From the NCBI RefSeq assembly GCF_006345805.1, contig NC_042998.1, positions 3,038,001-3,102,000 of the forward strand: a stretch of DNA of 64,000 bases. Direction: 5' to 3'. Position numbers and translations under genes: made by a program. This stretch comes from Octopus sinensis. Lineage: Eukaryota. The notes under the pieces are model-generated. The model did not search any database, was not told the DNA's origin, and saw nothing but the letters and a program-made list of their open reading frames with translations. Position 1 is the first letter of the stretch. Each line of letters begins with the position of its first letter. Below are positions 61,484 through 64,000 of this stretch, piece by piece.

Positions 61484-61713
61484 GCGGCGAGCTGGCAGAA
61501 ACGTTTGCACGCCGGGCGAAATGCGAAGCCGTATTTCGTCTGCCGTTACGTTCTGAGTTCAAATTCCGCCGAGGTCGACTTTGCCTTTCATCCTTTCGGG
61601 GTCGATAAATTAAGTACCAGTTGCGCACTGGGGTCGATGTAATCGACTTAATCCGTTTGTCTGTCCTTGTTTGTCCTCTCTGTGTTTAGCCACTTGTCGG
61701 TAGTAAATAAATA
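61484..61713 (+). mobile_element. Family C1 SINE, young, with TSD
   Basis: CpGs largely intact; tatgtatgtaag at 61472-61483 and 61714-61725. Confidence 0.93.
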
Positions 61714-61815
61714 TATGTATGTAAGTATGTATGCGTATACACGGATACACACACACATATATAGAGAGAGAATGAGAGTGAGAGAGAGAATGTGAGAGAA
61801 AGCGTGTGTGCAATA

Positions 61816-62200
61816 TCTATTATATAAAATCCGTTCTATTTGTCTGTGTGTGTGTCTTCTAGGATCTCGAGCACCCTCCATCCGATTGCGCTCAAATTTG
61901 ATATGTAGATACCGACGGTATCAGGGCGTGTATAAGTCTTGAAAAAATTACAAAAAACGATTCCAGGTGAGAATGCGATCGATAAAGCCGTGGGAACGTG
62001 CATTTGTAAAATCGTTTTTCTTGGAATAGAAAAAAGTCTATCTTTATTTCTTCTTTTGCTAGTGTCTCAAATTTAGGTTAAATCAGTGTTTCTCAAAGGG
62101 GAGACCTATGGGACGGTCGGACAAGCTGTTTTGAGAAAATTTGGTTTGAATGTTTGACAACTCAGCACCGTCCATTGGGATGTGGGGGGGCGTTTAGGGT
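61816..62200 (+). mobile_element. Helitron/Helentron-like non-autonomous element, 3' end not found
   Basis: A|TCtattatataaaatcc start, (TG)n, ccgattgcgctcaaatttg core, hairpin gatacc-gac-ggtatc at 61908-61922. Confidence 0.5.
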
Positions 62201-62465
62201 TAGTACATATATATGATATGTGTGTGTGTATGTATAAAAATACAATAAAATATAACGATAGATTCATGTATTATGATATATTAAATACATTATAATAGAG
62301 GTGGCTATAGCAATTAAAAACCAAAAATATAAAATGCATAAATAAGGGAGCAAAATAGCACCTGCAATTGCTAGAAATAGGAGCTAAAAAATATAACTTG
62401 AATAGCCCCACAAAATCACCAACCTCTTGAGATGTTCGGGGACTGCGATCGGCAAGCCACATCTT

Positions 62466-62675
62466 TCTCCAGCGAGAGAAAACTCACATGTATGTATGTA
62501 TGTATGCATGTATGTATGTATGTATGTATGTATGTATGTATGTATGTATGTATGTATGTATGAATGTATGTATGTATGTATGTATGCATGTATGTATGTA
62601 TGTATGTATGCATGTATGTATGTATGTATGCATGTATCTATCTATATATTTATCTCTCTCTATATATATATATCG
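62466..62675. repeat. (TGTA)n microsatellite
   Basis: Direct inspection. Confidence 0.97.
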
Positions 62676-62679
62676 TGGC

Positions 62680-62978
62680 ACTCCTGAAATTAATGTGTAA
62701 GTGGCTGAGCTCTCCACAGGCACGTGTACCCGTAACGTAGTTTTCGGGGAGATTCAGCGTCACACAGAGTGTGACAAGGTTAGCCTTTTGAAATACTGGT
62801 ACAACAGAAACAGGAAGAAAGAGCGAGAGAAAGTTGTGGTAAAAGAGTACAGCAGTGTTCACCATGACTCCCTGCCGGGGGAGCTTTAGGCGTTTTCGCT
62901 CAATAAACACTCATAACGCCCGGTCTGGGAATCGAAGAGCAAGTCCGCTGCTCTAACCACTGGGCCATTGCACCTCCA
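62680..62978 (-). mobile_element. Chimeric SINE: family E head plus D1-type tail
   Basis: 62805-62978 matches E; 62680-62805 is the reverse complement of the D1 body (ccttgtcacactctgtg...gaaaactacgtta). Confidence 0.75.
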
Positions 62979-62994
62979 CACACACATTCAGACA

Positions 62995-63013
62995 CACACA
63001 TTATATATATGTG

Positions 63014-63105
<92 letters not shown>
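62995..63105. repeat. (TA)n-rich microsatellite
   Basis: Direct inspection. Confidence 0.95.
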
Positions 63106-63106
<1 letters not shown>

Positions 63107-63889
63107 ACACACATTAGCATATGTGTATGAATCTTCGGTGCGTGCACACACACACTCTCGCGCATACATACATATATGTATGGGTGTGTATGTGTGTTTT
63201 CGAGCTCATGTGACTTGCGTGTCTCGGGTACGTATGCACGAGGACGCACATAGATTCAGGCAACCATACAAAATATCTAAAAGAGTAAAAGAGTAAAAGA
63301 GTAAAGAGTAAAAAGAGTATACCACCGTATATTTTTTTCCTTCAGTAACCTTGAAGATTAAAAGCAGCGTCAAGAATCGACATACTAATTTATGTTGATT
63401 TATATATAGAACCGGGGACATTCGTGGCATGTTTCCATGAGATAAAACAACAAATGAGTAATTTATAGGAAAACAGTTTTTTTTCGGTAATTCAATCATT
63501 TCCTACAGTAAATAAGAGATGGATGCAAAAGCAAAACAACTGTGTAGCAATCTCCTTCAAATTCAGTCGTAGTTCTTTTGTGGTGTGCATACTTCATAGT
63601 CTGTTGAAATATATACTAATATACTCGTCAGCTATAATTGTGACACAACCCTTCAATCCCAGCTCTCAAGGAAACCTCACTGATATTCTCGTTTATAAAC
63701 AGAGTGAAATTCTTGAGTGTGTATCTATACACACACACACATCAGACACAAGCACACATACACACACAGAGTATACACGCACGCATTAGTTTCATACACA
63801 CAGACACGCACTTACTCATTCAGACACACATATGCCAGGTTCACAATTGTTTTTCTTACTACTCATGCCTCAAGCAACCTCTTTCTCTT

Positions 63890-64000
63890 ACGGTCATTTC
63901 AGTATGCGGTGACCGTCTAATTGAGATATGTTTGTTCCTTTCTTCTCCATTATTTTCTCTCCTCGTCTATTCTTTCTGTAGAAGAGCGTTTGCACGAAAC
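63890..64000 (+). mobile_element. Penelope-like terminal fragment with variant hammerhead core, cut by the window edge
   Basis: ttt-CTGTAGA-A-GAGC(gttt)GCAC-GAAAC at 63976-64000; pyrimidine-rich upstream region like the 12215 and 43065 elements. Confidence 0.5.

Noticed and set aside
60760-62723. MYVC/HTYI-repeat ORFs up to 271 aa
   Set aside because: (TGTA)n repeats

Overview
This is AT-rich eukaryotic DNA dominated by repeats. The repeat families match those I recall from coleoid cephalopods (Octopus); that assignment is from memory, not a database search. I cannot identify a protein-coding gene with confidence, so the window looks intronic or intergenic. Nearly all ORFs in the supplied track come from microsatellites, SINEs or decayed LINEs. 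Contents: (1) dozens of tRNA-derived SINEs (my working labels B, C, D, E) and a (GAT)n-tailed retroposon (label A), often nested, chimeric or inverted; (2) decayed RTE, CR1 and CR1/L2-group LINE fragments; (3) TTAA-flanked piggyBac-type MITEs, TA-flanked Tc1/mariner/pogo-type MITEs and two Helitron-like elements; (4) four Penelope-like terminal fragments, each with a minimal type I hammerhead ribozyme motif, one of them apparently intact; (5) very long microsatellites, a 26-bp minisatellite and a 100-N gap. The best leads are the hammerhead motifs, the repeat/variable-loop hairpin arrays in family A, the 26-bp array with a compensated palindrome, SINE head/tail shuffling, and long inverted SINE pairs that could be dsRNA editing substrates. 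A few weak exon candidates, mostly minus-strand, are given as hypotheses only. Boundaries of decayed elements are approximate.
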